Below, in pieces: positions 41,382 through 51,375 of a stretch of 64,000 bases of DNA. The notes below the pieces were generated by a model, which did not search any database, was not told where the DNA came from, and saw nothing but the letters and a program-made list of their open reading frames with translations. The DNA comes from Candidatus Poribacteria bacterium (GTDB lineage Bacteria > Poribacteria > WGA-4E > WGA-3G), in the NCBI GenBank assembly GCA_965215265.1, contig OZ244048.1:4064001-4128000 (forward strand), written 5' to 3'. The position numbers and the translations under genes are program-made. Within the stretch, counting starts at the first letter, position 1; each line of letters begins with the position of its first letter.

Positions 41382-43310
41382 ATGAAAGGAAAATTTGCTT
41401 TTCCATTATTAAGTATTTTAGGGTTGTTATTCATTGCTGTGCTCTGCATGCCGTCCCACGTACAGGCAGCAGCAGCAGATCAGGATTCAGTGACAATAGC
41501 AGCAGATGGATTTGAGATACTTAGTACCCCCACGAGCACCGCGGGGCCTTCTGTTTATGCTGACCTTCTCCAACAGGCTTTTGAAGCAGGTTGGGAGGCA
41601 GAGAAGGTAGGAGCAACAGGTAGTTTCGCAGATGCTGAGACCAGAATGGCGGCACAGGCCACATTGGCAAGTCTTGTAAATGCGGACGGTTATACTACTG
41701 CTGACGAGGTAGCGTGGGATGAAACTAACACTAGAAAGGCTCGACACTACGCGGTAGGTGATACGATTAAAATTCGCGTGAAGTTTACCCTTGGAGTGGT
41801 AATCCATCAGGATGTGAAATTACGGATAGATCTACACGAGCCCGTATACATGGACATAGACACGACGGTGCATACACAAACGGTCGAACGTCCTACTGGT
41901 GCTGGAGTGGGAAATGGTAGATTTGCTGGAACGGTATACAGACAGGGCCTCAATAACAGTAACCAAGTTTCTCCTGCAGTTGCAGATCAGAAGACTGATG
42001 ACGTTTATGTCACCTTTGCATACACGGTACAAGAGGGTGACTTCACTTCAGAAGGTATAAGAATGATTAAGTGGGTTGACCCCTTTTATCGTGACCTGGA
42101 TGCTGCCGGTAGTCCTGGTCACGGTACTCACGAAGCCAACGAGCGGTTAACTCAATTTACCAAACTTACAAACACGCCAACAGAGAAGGCGCGGGCCATT
42201 ATTCCGCTAAAGAATTCTTGGGGTAACTTTCGGCAACTGGTACATAACAGTATACTAGTAGTGGGCGGGACCGGCTCCGGTGATGCCTGGGAAGGTGCTT
42301 TCGTGATACCTGCCGATGTCACCACTACCCGTGATGACTATGCTTCTACTGAGGCATTTCCATTTGCCTACCTTGGTCAATTGCTGGCACATCGTCGCCT
42401 TCGTCAAGGCGGGACGAATGTTTATCTTCATTCAGTAGATACGTTTAGGGCCGACACGATCGTCGCCCAAATCGTTGAGGGCATCGGTGCAAGATTCGCA
42501 CCGCTCAATGAAGGGGATCCCACAATTATTGATGAAATAGTGGAGCAAACCGAGGCGTTTGATATAGAAATCAAGTTCGCTAATCATTATGAGGACATCT
42601 ATGCGGAACAACCGGCCAGCAATACCTTTGGTGCGGCTGAGATTCTTCTCAGCGGTGACGACGTGGAGCGTGCTGATTGGACGATCACCGATGCGGCATT
42701 TTATGGCTTGGATGCTGTTGACCCCGGTAGTTATGACTCTACTAATTCAGCGATTACCCGGGCTCATGATGCTTTTGCCGGTGAGATAAAAGCCAGTGCG
42801 TCCTATGCAGTCTATCGTGCGACGATTACCCCGCCTGATGATTTTGATGGGGATGTAAGGATATCGATTGCTGAAGGCGCTATTACAGATCTTGCCGGTA
42901 ACACGAGCAAGGCCTCGAGTACGCTGACGGTGCCTGTAAATACAATCACCGATGTGACCATTCCTGATGAGACGCTCCTTGCGAAAATCAAGGAGAAACT
43001 CGGCATCACCGCGGGGACGGTTGTCCCCCAGGCAGATATGCTCCGCTTAACAAGCCTAGATTTAAGTGGCCTAGACGTTAGCGATCTGACCGGACTTGAA
43101 TTCGCAACCAACTTGGAAGAGTTGGATCTCAGTGATACGCAAGTAAAGGATATTTCAGCGCTGTCAACCCTCACCAGCTTGCTAGAGCTGTCTCTCTCGG
43201 GTACGCCAGTGTCGGATATCTCGGATCTGTCAGGCCTCACCAACTTGAAAGTGCTGGATCTTAGTGATACGGAAGTGTCGGATATTTCAGCGCTGTCATC
43301 AACAAATTAA
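41382..43310 (+). CDS. Secreted protein with Ig-like domain and C-terminal internalin-type LRRs
   Basis: Signal peptide; ITDLAGNTS Ig-like motif; IPDETL cap and LTNLxxLDLSxTxVSDISAL repeats. Confidence 0.8.
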   Translation: MKGKFAFPLLSILGLLFIAVLCMPSHVQAAAADQDSVTIAADGFEILSTPTSTAGPSVYADLLQQAFEAGWEAEKVGATGSFADAETRMAAQATLASLVNADGYTTADEVAWDETNTRKARHYAVGDTIKIRVKFTLGVVIHQDVKLRIDLHEPVYMDIDTTVHTQTVERPTGAGVGNGRFAGTVYRQGLNNSNQVSPAVADQKTDDVYVTFAYTVQEGDFTSEGIRMIKWVDPFYRDLDAAGSPGHGTHEANERLTQFTKLTNTPTEKARAIIPLKNSWGNFRQLVHNSILVVGGTGSGDAWEGAFVIPADVTTTRDDYASTEAFPFAYLGQLLAHRRLRQGGTNVYLHSVDTFRADTIVAQIVEGIGARFAPLNEGDPTIIDEIVEQTEAFDIEIKFANHYEDIYAEQPASNTFGAAEILLSGDDVERADWTITDAAFYGLDAVDPGSYDSTNSAITRAHDAFAGEIKASASYAVYRATITPPDDFDGDVRISIAEGAITDLAGNTSKASSTLTVPVNTITDVTIPDETLLAKIKEKLGITAGTVVPQADMLRLTSLDLSGLDVSDLTGLEFATNLEELDLSDTQVKDISALSTLTSLLELSLSGTPVSDISDLSGLTNLKVLDLSDTEVSDISALSSTN

Positions 43311-43330
43311 CTAAACTTGGAGGTAAAGTA

Positions 43331-46039
43331 ATGTATTCGAAAGCATTAGGAAAAAAAATGCCGTTGTGCATTGTTGTATTATTAGCAGGTCTTGTAATAG
43401 CGTTGCCTTTCGCAGCGCATTCAGCCCTCGAGAGCTTGGAAGAGCTGGATCTCTCTGGAACGGAAGTAGAGGATGTCTCGTCCCTGGCAACTCTCACCAC
43501 CTTGAAAAAGTTGGATATCAGTAATACGCCAGTAGAGGATATCTCTGCGTTGTCAAGCCTCACGAACTTGGAAGAGTTGGATCTCCGGGGAACGCAAGTA
43601 TCGGATATCCCCGATGAGTTGTCAGCGTTAGACGACTTGACGATATTTCGCCCTGACGCGAAATTGGACTACTTCAAGCTTTCAGCGTTGGCAGCGGGCG
43701 GTTTTGAGGTATTGACCCAAGAGGGAAGCTCATCCACGACGCATGGTATCTCCAGTGCCGTTGCACCTGTAGAAACCCTGACTCGTAACTTGAGCGAATT
43801 TTTCCGCAATGGTGGGACGATAGAATTGATAGCGCCGAAGCTAACCACCGGCGGTGCCGTGAAAGGTGATGTAGTCATAAGTGAAGTGTTGTGGGGCGAA
43901 GATGCGAGTCAAACGCCGTCGTCGTCTGGCCAGTGGCTAGAGCTGTATGCAGTAAAAGCGGTTGCCGCCACTGCCGTAGCGGACGATTGGGCGTTGTATT
44001 TTACGACAGGCGACCTGGTGAATCGTGCGGAAGTGACAATAGGAGAGACTCCGTATCTGGTGATAGATAGCATAAGCAATCTAGGGCTGGGCTACTGGGA
44101 GGTGCCCGGTGGAGGTGGGCGCACCGTGGCAACTAATGAAGCCGCGTCTGCGTCTCTGGTTTCGATGTATAGGAGCATAGATTTTGAGAAGGATCCAGAT
44201 GAAGTCAAAGACGGTAACCGTTCCGATAACTGGCAAGCGTCCTCTGCGCCGAGCATAAACCTCGGTGGGCAGCGTATCGGCACCCCTGGTTCGACCCCGT
44301 CTCAGCGTATCGCCGCCGGAGACCGGACGAGTTTCGAAGGTCGAAAGATTGTCATCAACGAAGTAGGGAATCACACGGATGACAGCTTAGATTGGGTAGA
44401 GCTGCGAAACGACACGGATGCCGCCGTCAGTATCAAAGAGTGGGAGTTCACGCTTGTGACAGGCGATGCGGATGAGCGCACCGAGAAGGTGATTGTGACG
44501 CTGCCTGATAAGAGTATTGCCGGCGGGGGTGTGTTGCTAGTTGCGAACAGCAATCCCGAAGGAAACTTGCTCGCTGGTGGGAACAATCTGGGTGTGGACG
44601 ATGTGGATGAGGTGCAGCATGGTGCGACGCACCAATACGTAGTTGTATCCGGGCTCAACCTTCCTGCCGACGGTAAGTTCTTGTTGCTGCTGCGGAATGG
44701 GAAAGATAAAGAGAATAAGCCGAGTCACATAGAAGATGCGGCAGGTGCTGTTTTCGTTCCGTTTGTAGGGACGCATGAGAAGGAGAACTACAATACGGAG
44801 GTTTGGCCACTGCAGGCGACACCGAAGGGACACAGCAACATCTTTAAGGATATAGATGAGGCGTTCAAGGAAGGCTCCGTCTATCAGCGCGACAATGAGA
44901 ACAACTTCGCGGAAAAAGCGTGGAGTAAACGCGGGTTCACCGGCATAGGCTGGGATCGCGATACCCCGAACGCTGACGCGTATGGCGGTACCCCCGGGTA
45001 TCAGAACGGTGTAGTGAAAGATAAATCCGCCGCGGGCCAAGTCTCTATCAGTGAGATTATGTTCGACACAGACAACCGGCTGCCGCAGTGGATAGAGCTG
45101 CACAATAGTTCTCTAACCGAAGCGGTGAATCTGAACGACTGGACGCTCCGCATCCAACAAGATGCCACCACCGACACCGCCGTGCGTCCAGATGTGACGC
45201 TCAAATTCGTAGGCGGTAAGATAATCCCCCCGAACCAGACGCTGCTCATCGTGACAGACACCGGGCGCACCTCTGGCCACTTCCCTGATGCACGTGTCAT
45301 CAACCTGCGGCGCGAGAGTGCTTATCGCGATAAACTGGACTTGGAACGGCGTTCGCCGGTGCTAGCCACCACCGCCTTCAAGTTGACGTTATATGGTAAA
45401 GAAGCCTCTGGTGTCAAGCCCGTGGTGGATACGGTTGGCAACTATGTCGGGCGAGGGGAAGAACCTGCCTGGGAGCTGCCAATGCTTGAAGACGGGCGCA
45501 GCTCCATCATCCGCCGCTACGGTAGCGCTAGCCGTGCCACCGGCGCGGTTGCCGAAGACGGCACCACCGAAGCGGGTTGGGTGCTAGCCTCCAACACCTC
45601 TTTGAACGAGGCGCAGCGCGACACCTTCTACGGCAATGCCGAGGATGAAGGCACTCCCGGCTATCGGGGCGGCGGCCCGCTGCCCGTGGCGCTCTCTGCC
45701 TTCACCGCGAAACGCGTAGAAGGCGCTATCGTCATCAGTTGGGCAACCGAATCCGAGTTGAACAACGCAGGATTCAACCTGCTGCGGAGCGATGCGCGCA
45801 ACGGCACGTTCACAAAGATAAACTCCGAGTTGATTGCAGGGGCCGGCACCACAGGCGAACGCAACGACTATAGTTGGACGGATACGTCTGCCAAACCGAA
45901 TGTGGTGTATTACTACCGCATTGAAGATGTCTCCAACGCAGGTGTGCAGCAGACGCTGCAGACAACCCGCTTGAAAGGGCATCTGAGTGCAGATGGGAAA
46001 CTCACAGAACGCTGGGCAACGCTCAAATCGGAAGAATAA
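43331..46039 (+). CDS. Secreted protein with N-terminal LRRs, three lamin-tail-like domains and C-terminal Ig-like domain
   Basis: Signal peptide; ISEV/INEV/ISEI...W[LVI]EL...GTPG modules; PLPVALSAF...WATESE; ends GKLTERWATLK. Confidence 0.82.
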   Translation: MYSKALGKKMPLCIVVLLAGLVIALPFAAHSALESLEELDLSGTEVEDVSSLATLTTLKKLDISNTPVEDISALSSLTNLEELDLRGTQVSDIPDELSALDDLTIFRPDAKLDYFKLSALAAGGFEVLTQEGSSSTTHGISSAVAPVETLTRNLSEFFRNGGTIELIAPKLTTGGAVKGDVVISEVLWGEDASQTPSSSGQWLELYAVKAVAATAVADDWALYFTTGDLVNRAEVTIGETPYLVIDSISNLGLGYWEVPGGGGRTVATNEAASASLVSMYRSIDFEKDPDEVKDGNRSDNWQASSAPSINLGGQRIGTPGSTPSQRIAAGDRTSFEGRKIVINEVGNHTDDSLDWVELRNDTDAAVSIKEWEFTLVTGDADERTEKVIVTLPDKSIAGGGVLLVANSNPEGNLLAGGNNLGVDDVDEVQHGATHQYVVVSGLNLPADGKFLLLLRNGKDKENKPSHIEDAAGAVFVPFVGTHEKENYNTEVWPLQATPKGHSNIFKDIDEAFKEGSVYQRDNENNFAEKAWSKRGFTGIGWDRDTPNADAYGGTPGYQNGVVKDKSAAGQVSISEIMFDTDNRLPQWIELHNSSLTEAVNLNDWTLRIQQDATTDTAVRPDVTLKFVGGKIIPPNQTLLIVTDTGRTSGHFPDARVINLRRESAYRDKLDLERRSPVLATTAFKLTLYGKEASGVKPVVDTVGNYVGRGEEPAWELPMLEDGRSSIIRRYGSASRATGAVAEDGTTEAGWVLASNTSLNEAQRDTFYGNAEDEGTPGYRGGGPLPVALSAFTAKRVEGAIVISWATESELNNAGFNLLRSDARNGTFTKINSELIAGAGTTGERNDYSWTDTSAKPNVVYYYRIEDVSNAGVQQTLQTTRLKGHLSADGKLTERWATLKSEE

Positions 46040-46073
46040 ACGCTGTGAATGCTAAACTCACCTAACCCAAACC

Positions 46074-46113
46074 AGGGGCAGCCACCCTCACAAGTGGTTG
46101 CCCCTATTTTTTT
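46074..46113 (+). terminator. Intrinsic terminator
   Basis: AGGGGCAGCCAC-loop-GTGGTTGCCCCT followed by a T-run. Confidence 0.8.
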
Positions 46114-46170
46114 GCTTTGGATAGAGAGAAGCACCGAGGCCACCTTGAGAAGCCAAATCTGGAGACGGCC

Positions 46171-46200
46171 TTGACAAAAAAGCAGAAAGGCTGCTATACT
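46171..46200 (+). promoter_or_regulatory. Sigma70-type promoter of nuclease paralog C
   Basis: TTGACA-N18-TATACT with extended -10 TG. Confidence 0.6.
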
Positions 46201-46233
46201 TTATTATGAGAAGTGGAGCGTCTAAGCAGATAG

Positions 46234-47463
46234 ATGAGGCAAACGACAGTGCCGGAGACATCCAAACAAACACCAAGCAAACGGAAACTCTGGGACCCTT
46301 TCTTCAAAGAGTTCCTCGCCCTACCCTTCTCTGGGCTGGGTGCCTCTATCCAGACAGAGATAGAAGTCAACCGGTTGCCGCAGCGTATAGATGCACTCGC
46401 TCTCCTCGAAAGCGCCGCAGCCCGCGCGAGAGTGCGTGCCAATCCGCTGCTCTCTTACTTACGCACGCATAATCTGTTTGAATTCAAAGGACAAAACGAC
46501 CCGTTGAATGAATCGGCGTATCACCGGATTTGTATGCGTGCGCGTGGTTATCTGGCAGATAAGCAGGTGCCTGCAACCGAGTTAACCCTGACGATAGTAT
46601 CGTCTCGGAAGCCGCGGGCGCTGCTCTCCCGCCCACCTTTTGGGGAGCCGTGGGAGCCGTTGGCGGCGGGGCATTATCGGTTGATGGATGGCGTGCCGGT
46701 GCATCTGTTGGTTTGCAATGAAGTGGCACTGGTTGAGCCGAATTATTGGTTGCTGCTGTTTGCGTCGGCGCAGAAACAGTTTCGTGCGTTCCTGCGGCGG
46801 GTGATAACAGAAGAGAATACGTTATATTTTGACTCCGCGTTGTATTTGCAGCCGGAAGTCACGGAGGAGGTTTGTGAAATGGAAGGCCGTCAAGATTTCT
46901 TTCAGAGTCGTCTTCGCGAAGTTGCGACGACTTTAGGTCCGAAGCTGCTGTCGGCGCTGACATCGGAGGAGCGTGCGGACATGCTCGCCCGCTTGAGTCC
47001 TCAAGACCGGGCGGATCTGCTCGCACGGCTGCCCGCTGAAGCCCGCGCGGACATGTTAGCAAGGTTATCTGCGGCAGACCGGGCCGATATGTTGGCGAGT
47101 TTACCCGCCGCAGAACGTGCGGACATGTTAGCAAGGTTATCTGCGGCAGACCGGGCCGATATGTTGGCGAGTTTACCCGCCGCAGAACGTGCGGACATGT
47201 TAGCAAGGTTATCTGCGGCAGACCGGGCCGATATGTTAGCGAGTCTACCCGCCGCAGAACGGGCCGATATGTTGGCACGCCTGAGTCCCGATGAACGTGT
47301 CAAAGGACTCAGCCCCGAGGAGCGCGTCGAAGGACTCAGTCCCGAGGAGCGCGTCAAGGCATTTCAGAGTTTGTCGCCGGCGGAGATTCAGAATTTATCT
47401 GCGGAGGTGCGCGCGGAACTCGTGCGGCAGCTGGAGGCAGCTGACAACCACACCGACACTTAA
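46234..47463 (+). CDS. Rpn-like PD-(D/E)xK nuclease, diverged paralog C
   Basis: WDPFFK, LPQRID, NLFEFKG; internal GGAGGAGG-N8-ATG at 46879; nine 12-aa repeats. Confidence 0.72.
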   Translation: MRQTTVPETSKQTPSKRKLWDPFFKEFLALPFSGLGASIQTEIEVNRLPQRIDALALLESAAARARVRANPLLSYLRTHNLFEFKGQNDPLNESAYHRICMRARGYLADKQVPATELTLTIVSSRKPRALLSRPPFGEPWEPLAAGHYRLMDGVPVHLLVCNEVALVEPNYWLLLFASAQKQFRAFLRRVITEENTLYFDSALYLQPEVTEEVCEMEGRQDFFQSRLREVATTLGPKLLSALTSEERADMLARLSPQDRADLLARLPAEARADMLARLSAADRADMLASLPAAERADMLARLSAADRADMLASLPAAERADMLARLSAADRADMLASLPAAERADMLARLSPDERVKGLSPEERVEGLSPEERVKAFQSLSPAEIQNLSAEVRAELVRQLEAADNHTDT

Positions 47464-47588
47464 GCGAAACCGCCCGGGCGAAACTGCGTACAAACCGGCT
47501 GCTCTCTTATCGAATTCAAGAGGAAAAACGATGTTTTGAATGAATCGGCCTATCATCGGTATCACCACTCCTGATTCGGAGCTGCGTA

Positions 47589-49439
47589 TTAAGAGAGAAT
47601 ATACTTGACTTTCTGCACAATTGCATTTGCACTAATGCCGTGGTGTTCCAAGAGCTCCTCAGGTTGGCCGGAGCGCGGGATTGCTTTAACAGCTAGTTTG
47701 TGTACGCGAACCGCTTCGGTGGCCAATGCATCTAAAACTGCGTCGCCTAAGCCGCCTTCCGGATAGTGGTCCTCCACGGTAATTACGGTATTGTTTGTTG
47801 CTGCAGCGGCCTGTCGGAGTGCTTCCGTGTCAATCGGTTTGATGGAGTAGAGATCTAAGACGCGGGTAGCGATGCCTTGCGCGTGAAGCAGTTCGTGTGC
47901 CTTCAGTGCCTCGTGAAGTGTCACGCCTGCTGCGACGACCGTCACGCTGTCATTGTTGCTTTTTCGAACGACCTTACTACCGCCGATCGGAAAAGCATCG
48001 TGGCTGTTGTAGAGGATGGCGGTTTTGGGACGCGAGGTTCGGATGTAAACGATGCCTTCATGTGCCGCAGCTTGAGCGACGAGCCGCTCGGCTGATACAG
48101 CGTCGCTCGGGTAAAGTACGACGGCATTCGGGATTGCCCGGAACATGGCGATGTCCTCTAATCCCATCTGCGAGGGCCCATCTTCGCCGATTGAGACACC
48201 GCAGTGGGATCCTGCATATTTAATATTGGCGTTCGAGATTGCAGACATCCGGATCTGGTCGTAGGCACGAGATAAGAACGCCGCGAACGTTGACACAAAC
48301 GGGATTTTTCCGCGCTTTGCTAAACCGATGCCTGCTCCTACCAAGTTTTGCTCTGCTATGAACATCTCAAAATATCGAGTCGGATGTAATGCCATAAATT
48401 GTTCTGCGTAGGTAGAGTTTTTGGTATCTCCATCTAACGCGACAACATCTGGATGGGCTGTCCCGAGCTTAGCGAGTCCTGCCCCGTATCCGCTGCGTGT
48501 GGCGACTTCTTCGTCCGGTTGATAGGCTGGTGCCTGGCAGTTGAGCGGTTGAAAACTATTGGCTTGAGCGGTATTCTCTAGACGGGGTGCTTCAATCTCC
48601 GGAGTGCCGTGTGAGTGTAAGGGACCGAGTTCTGCCAATGCCTTATCAAGTTGTTCGCCTTTCGCGAGTGCTTTTCCGTGCCAGTTCTCTGCATTTTCAA
48701 GTGATGAGATGCCCTTACCTTTAAACGTCTTTGCAACTATCATCGTCGGCTTATCCGTTGCCGTTTTCGCTTCTGTGAGTGCGTTCAAGATATCATCGAA
48801 ATCGTGTCCGTCAATGCCGATAGCGTTCCATCCGAACGTTTCAAAGCGGCGGCAGTATGTCTCGATATCAAAGGCGTACATGGTGTGCTGGCTCTGTCCG
48901 AGTGCATTGACATCGATGATACCAATTAGGTTATTGAGCTGGTAATGCGCTGCTAGGGCTGCGGCTTCCCAGACACTCCCTTCAGCGGTTTCGCCATCCC
49001 CCAATAGTACATAAACGCGGTAATCGGAATTGTCAAGGTATTTGGCGTTGAGTGCCATTCCAAGCCCGAGGGATAGGCCTTGGCCTAAGGAGCCTGTCGC
49101 GACTTCTGTCCATTCAAAACGGGGTGTCGGGTGTCCCTCAAGGGGGCTGTCTATTTTGCGTAATGTGGACAAATCCTCAATAGGGATGATACCTGCTTCG
49201 GCGTAGGCGGCGTAAAGCAACGGTGCGGCGTGCCCCTTTGATAAGATGAATCGATCGTTGTTCGGATTTTGTGCGTCTGCCACATCGTAGCGCATCACGT
49301 GAAAAAAGAGCACGGAAACAATATCAGCAGCAGAGAGACATGTTGTCGGGTGCCCAGAACCTGCCTCTGAGGTGGCGACAATGGAATGTATACGTAGGTT
49401 ATTGGCTTTCTGTTTTAGAAAGCGTTTGAGGTTTTCCAC
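47589..49439 (-). CDS. tkt: Transketolase
   Basis: SGHP, DRFILSKGH, LEGHP, GSLGQG, GDGE, GEDGPSQ. Confidence 0.93.
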   Translation of the reverse strand: MENLKRFLKQKANNLRIHSIVATSEAGSGHPTTCLSAADIVSVLFFHVMRYDVADAQNPNNDRFILSKGHAAPLLYAAYAEAGIIPIEDLSTLRKIDSPLEGHPTPRFEWTEVATGSLGQGLSLGLGMALNAKYLDNSDYRVYVLLGDGETAEGSVWEAAALAAHYQLNNLIGIIDVNALGQSQHTMYAFDIETYCRRFETFGWNAIGIDGHDFDDILNALTEAKTATDKPTMIVAKTFKGKGISSLENAENWHGKALAKGEQLDKALAELGPLHSHGTPEIEAPRLENTAQANSFQPLNCQAPAYQPDEEVATRSGYGAGLAKLGTAHPDVVALDGDTKNSTYAEQFMALHPTRYFEMFIAEQNLVGAGIGLAKRGKIPFVSTFAAFLSRAYDQIRMSAISNANIKYAGSHCGVSIGEDGPSQMGLEDIAMFRAIPNAVVLYPSDAVSAERLVAQAAAHEGIVYIRTSRPKTAILYNSHDAFPIGGSKVVRKSNNDSVTVVAAGVTLHEALKAHELLHAQGIATRVLDLYSIKPIDTEALRQAAAATNNTVITVEDHYPEGGLGDAVLDALATEAVRVHKLAVKAIPRSGQPEELLEHHGISANAIVQKVKYILS

Positions 49440-49527
49440 CAATTTTTTTTCCTCTTTTTTTCGGTTCGTGCCCGCAATCCACAAAGGGTAGCACTTCTAG
49501 CCTCTGCAGAGAAGCGAGAGTTCTGTC

Positions 49528-50139
49528 CTATGATTCCCTTGCTTTTAAATGTTCGACTCGGCGTTCTGCTGCGACGACGAGATAATGTTCGTTGTAGCCT
49601 TTTGTGAACAGTTCAATGAGGGATTCAAGCACCTTAATGGCTGCTGGCAGGTCTTCGGTTTTGACATAGGATTCTGCCTGCCAGTACATCGATTTTGCGA
49701 TGAGCTCGTTTGGTACTGCTTCGTTGTTCTGCTTTTCGTTTTCTATGGCTGTCTGAAATTTTTCAATTGCCAAGGTGTAATTTTTGTCTATGTAGTATGC
49801 ATCTACGGCATTAGCATAGGCAGCGTTATCCTTTTCCCTGGGTGTGAACGGTTCAATATCAGTAAGTGGCTGTTCATCTGGTGGGGGGCTGCCAAATTGC
49901 TCTTCATCTAAGTCATCCAGTTCATCTTGTTCCTCGTCCTCGTCGTCTTCGTGCAAATCGTCTGATTCGTAGTTATCAGCGTTATAAGTCGCATCTGTTC
50001 CGAGCGATTCTGAGGTGTCAGAATCATCCTCGCTGATTTCTTCTATTTCGTTAAGTTTGCTGATTTCTTCTATTTGGTTAAGTTCGTCGTCCTGATCCAC
50101 GTTTACGTCCTTTAATATTTCGCCAAGTTTTAGCACCAT
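49528..50139 (-). CDS. Acidic protein with C-terminal TPR-like (CpoB-like) helices
   Basis: D/E-rich N-terminal half; AYANAVDAY...SMYWQAESY. Confidence 0.6.
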   Translation of the reverse strand: MVLKLGEILKDVNVDQDDELNQIEEISKLNEIEEISEDDSDTSESLGTDATYNADNYESDDLHEDDEDEEQDELDDLDEEQFGSPPPDEQPLTDIEPFTPREKDNAAYANAVDAYYIDKNYTLAIEKFQTAIENEKQNNEAVPNELIAKSMYWQAESYVKTEDLPAAIKVLESLIELFTKGYNEHYLVVAAERRVEHLKARES

Positions 50140-50273
50140 TTTTTCTCCTTTTCTCTGTAGGTACCGGAAACAGTTGCCCTTGTCGGGCAATCGCTGTTTC
50201 CGGAGATGCAATTATCAATTACCAATTACCAATTATCTATAACTCAATTGGCAATATTTGTATAACACGCGGC

Positions 50274-51080
50274 TTAGTATTTGACTTTAACGTCAGCCCA
50301 TGTGGTTGTCATTTTATCAGCGGGATCGACAGCGAGGACAGCAAAATAGAGTCCCTCGTCTGCGAGTTTCTGGATATCCGCTTCCTCGAGTGCTACGTTG
50401 AAAATTGCGACTTCGTCAATGATGGCTTCTCCGTATCGGGTGCCGCCGCAGCAATCATCGAAGCCGATATTTACTGGGCCGTTATCCAAATCGAGTGGGT
50501 TCTTCGCGATATCCATAGCGCTTGCTTCTTTTCCATCAATATAGATGTACCACTCACCGGTTTTGCTGTTGAAAGTGGTGGTGTACATGTGCCATTCGGT
50601 AATATCTTTGGGTCCGATTTCGCCGTCGCGCCAGCCGCCGGGTTTATTCCAACAGCCACCGTTGCAAATCGGCCAGGAAACGTTTACGGTGCCTTCGTTC
50701 GGATGAATGATATAGGCGTTCCGTTTCTCAACCATCCAGCCGTGCTGATTCCAAACTTTCCCGATGCTTTTGACCCAGATAGAGACGGTGATCGCCTCGG
50801 TTGGGTTTTCGTGCGCCGGAATCTGAACGTAAGCCCCTTGTCCATCAAGTTCAAGTCCCTCCCCGAATTTGCCTTGAACCCATTTAGGTTTCCCTTTGAA
50901 TTCGCCATCTAGTCCATTTTCGGAAGCATCGGTGGCAACGTTCCCTTTGCCTTCATCAAAAAGCCATAACCCGACGACGGTATCGGGATCGATTTCGGCG
51001 TTGGCATTCAGAACAAATCCGCCACTGGCAAAAAGGATACAGAGACAGGTGATGACGGTACTTTTAACGCTTAAGTTCAT
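50274..51080 (-). CDS. Secreted LamG-like jellyroll domain protein
   Basis: Signal peptide; GLWLFDEGKG, GKFGEGL, IDEVAIFN; ends AVDPADKMTTTWADVK. Confidence 0.85.
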   Translation of the reverse strand: MNLSVKSTVITCLCILFASGGFVLNANAEIDPDTVVGLWLFDEGKGNVATDASENGLDGEFKGKPKWVQGKFGEGLELDGQGAYVQIPAHENPTEAITVSIWVKSIGKVWNQHGWMVEKRNAYIIHPNEGTVNVSWPICNGGCWNKPGGWRDGEIGPKDITEWHMYTTTFNSKTGEWYIYIDGKEASAMDIAKNPLDLDNGPVNIGFDDCCGGTRYGEAIIDEVAIFNVALEEADIQKLADEGLYFAVLAVDPADKMTTTWADVKVKY

Positions 51081-51375
51081 AAGTTTCCCTCCTGTTTAGG
51101 ATGCAAAATTACGGGTTGTTACTACCGCCCGTGCGATGCGGCAGCGGCGTAACTCCTTCAATAGAACGTTATACACTTCTATAATAGCAGATTTGCCCGG
51201 ATATGTCAAGAAAAAATTGCAGCTGTCACTTACCCCCATTTTTTCAAGGTTTGTCGTGAAAGGTTTTTGTTTGGAAAAGCGTGAAAAAAGCAGTCAGTTT
51301 ATGATAAAATACCTCTTTTCGTCTCTTTCAGCCCATCAACGGCTGATGTTGTGTCAACAACTGTATAAATCTCGT

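Noticed and set aside
50211-50240. Short ATTACCA-like heptamer repeats
   Set aside because: Few, degenerate and intergenic; no evident function
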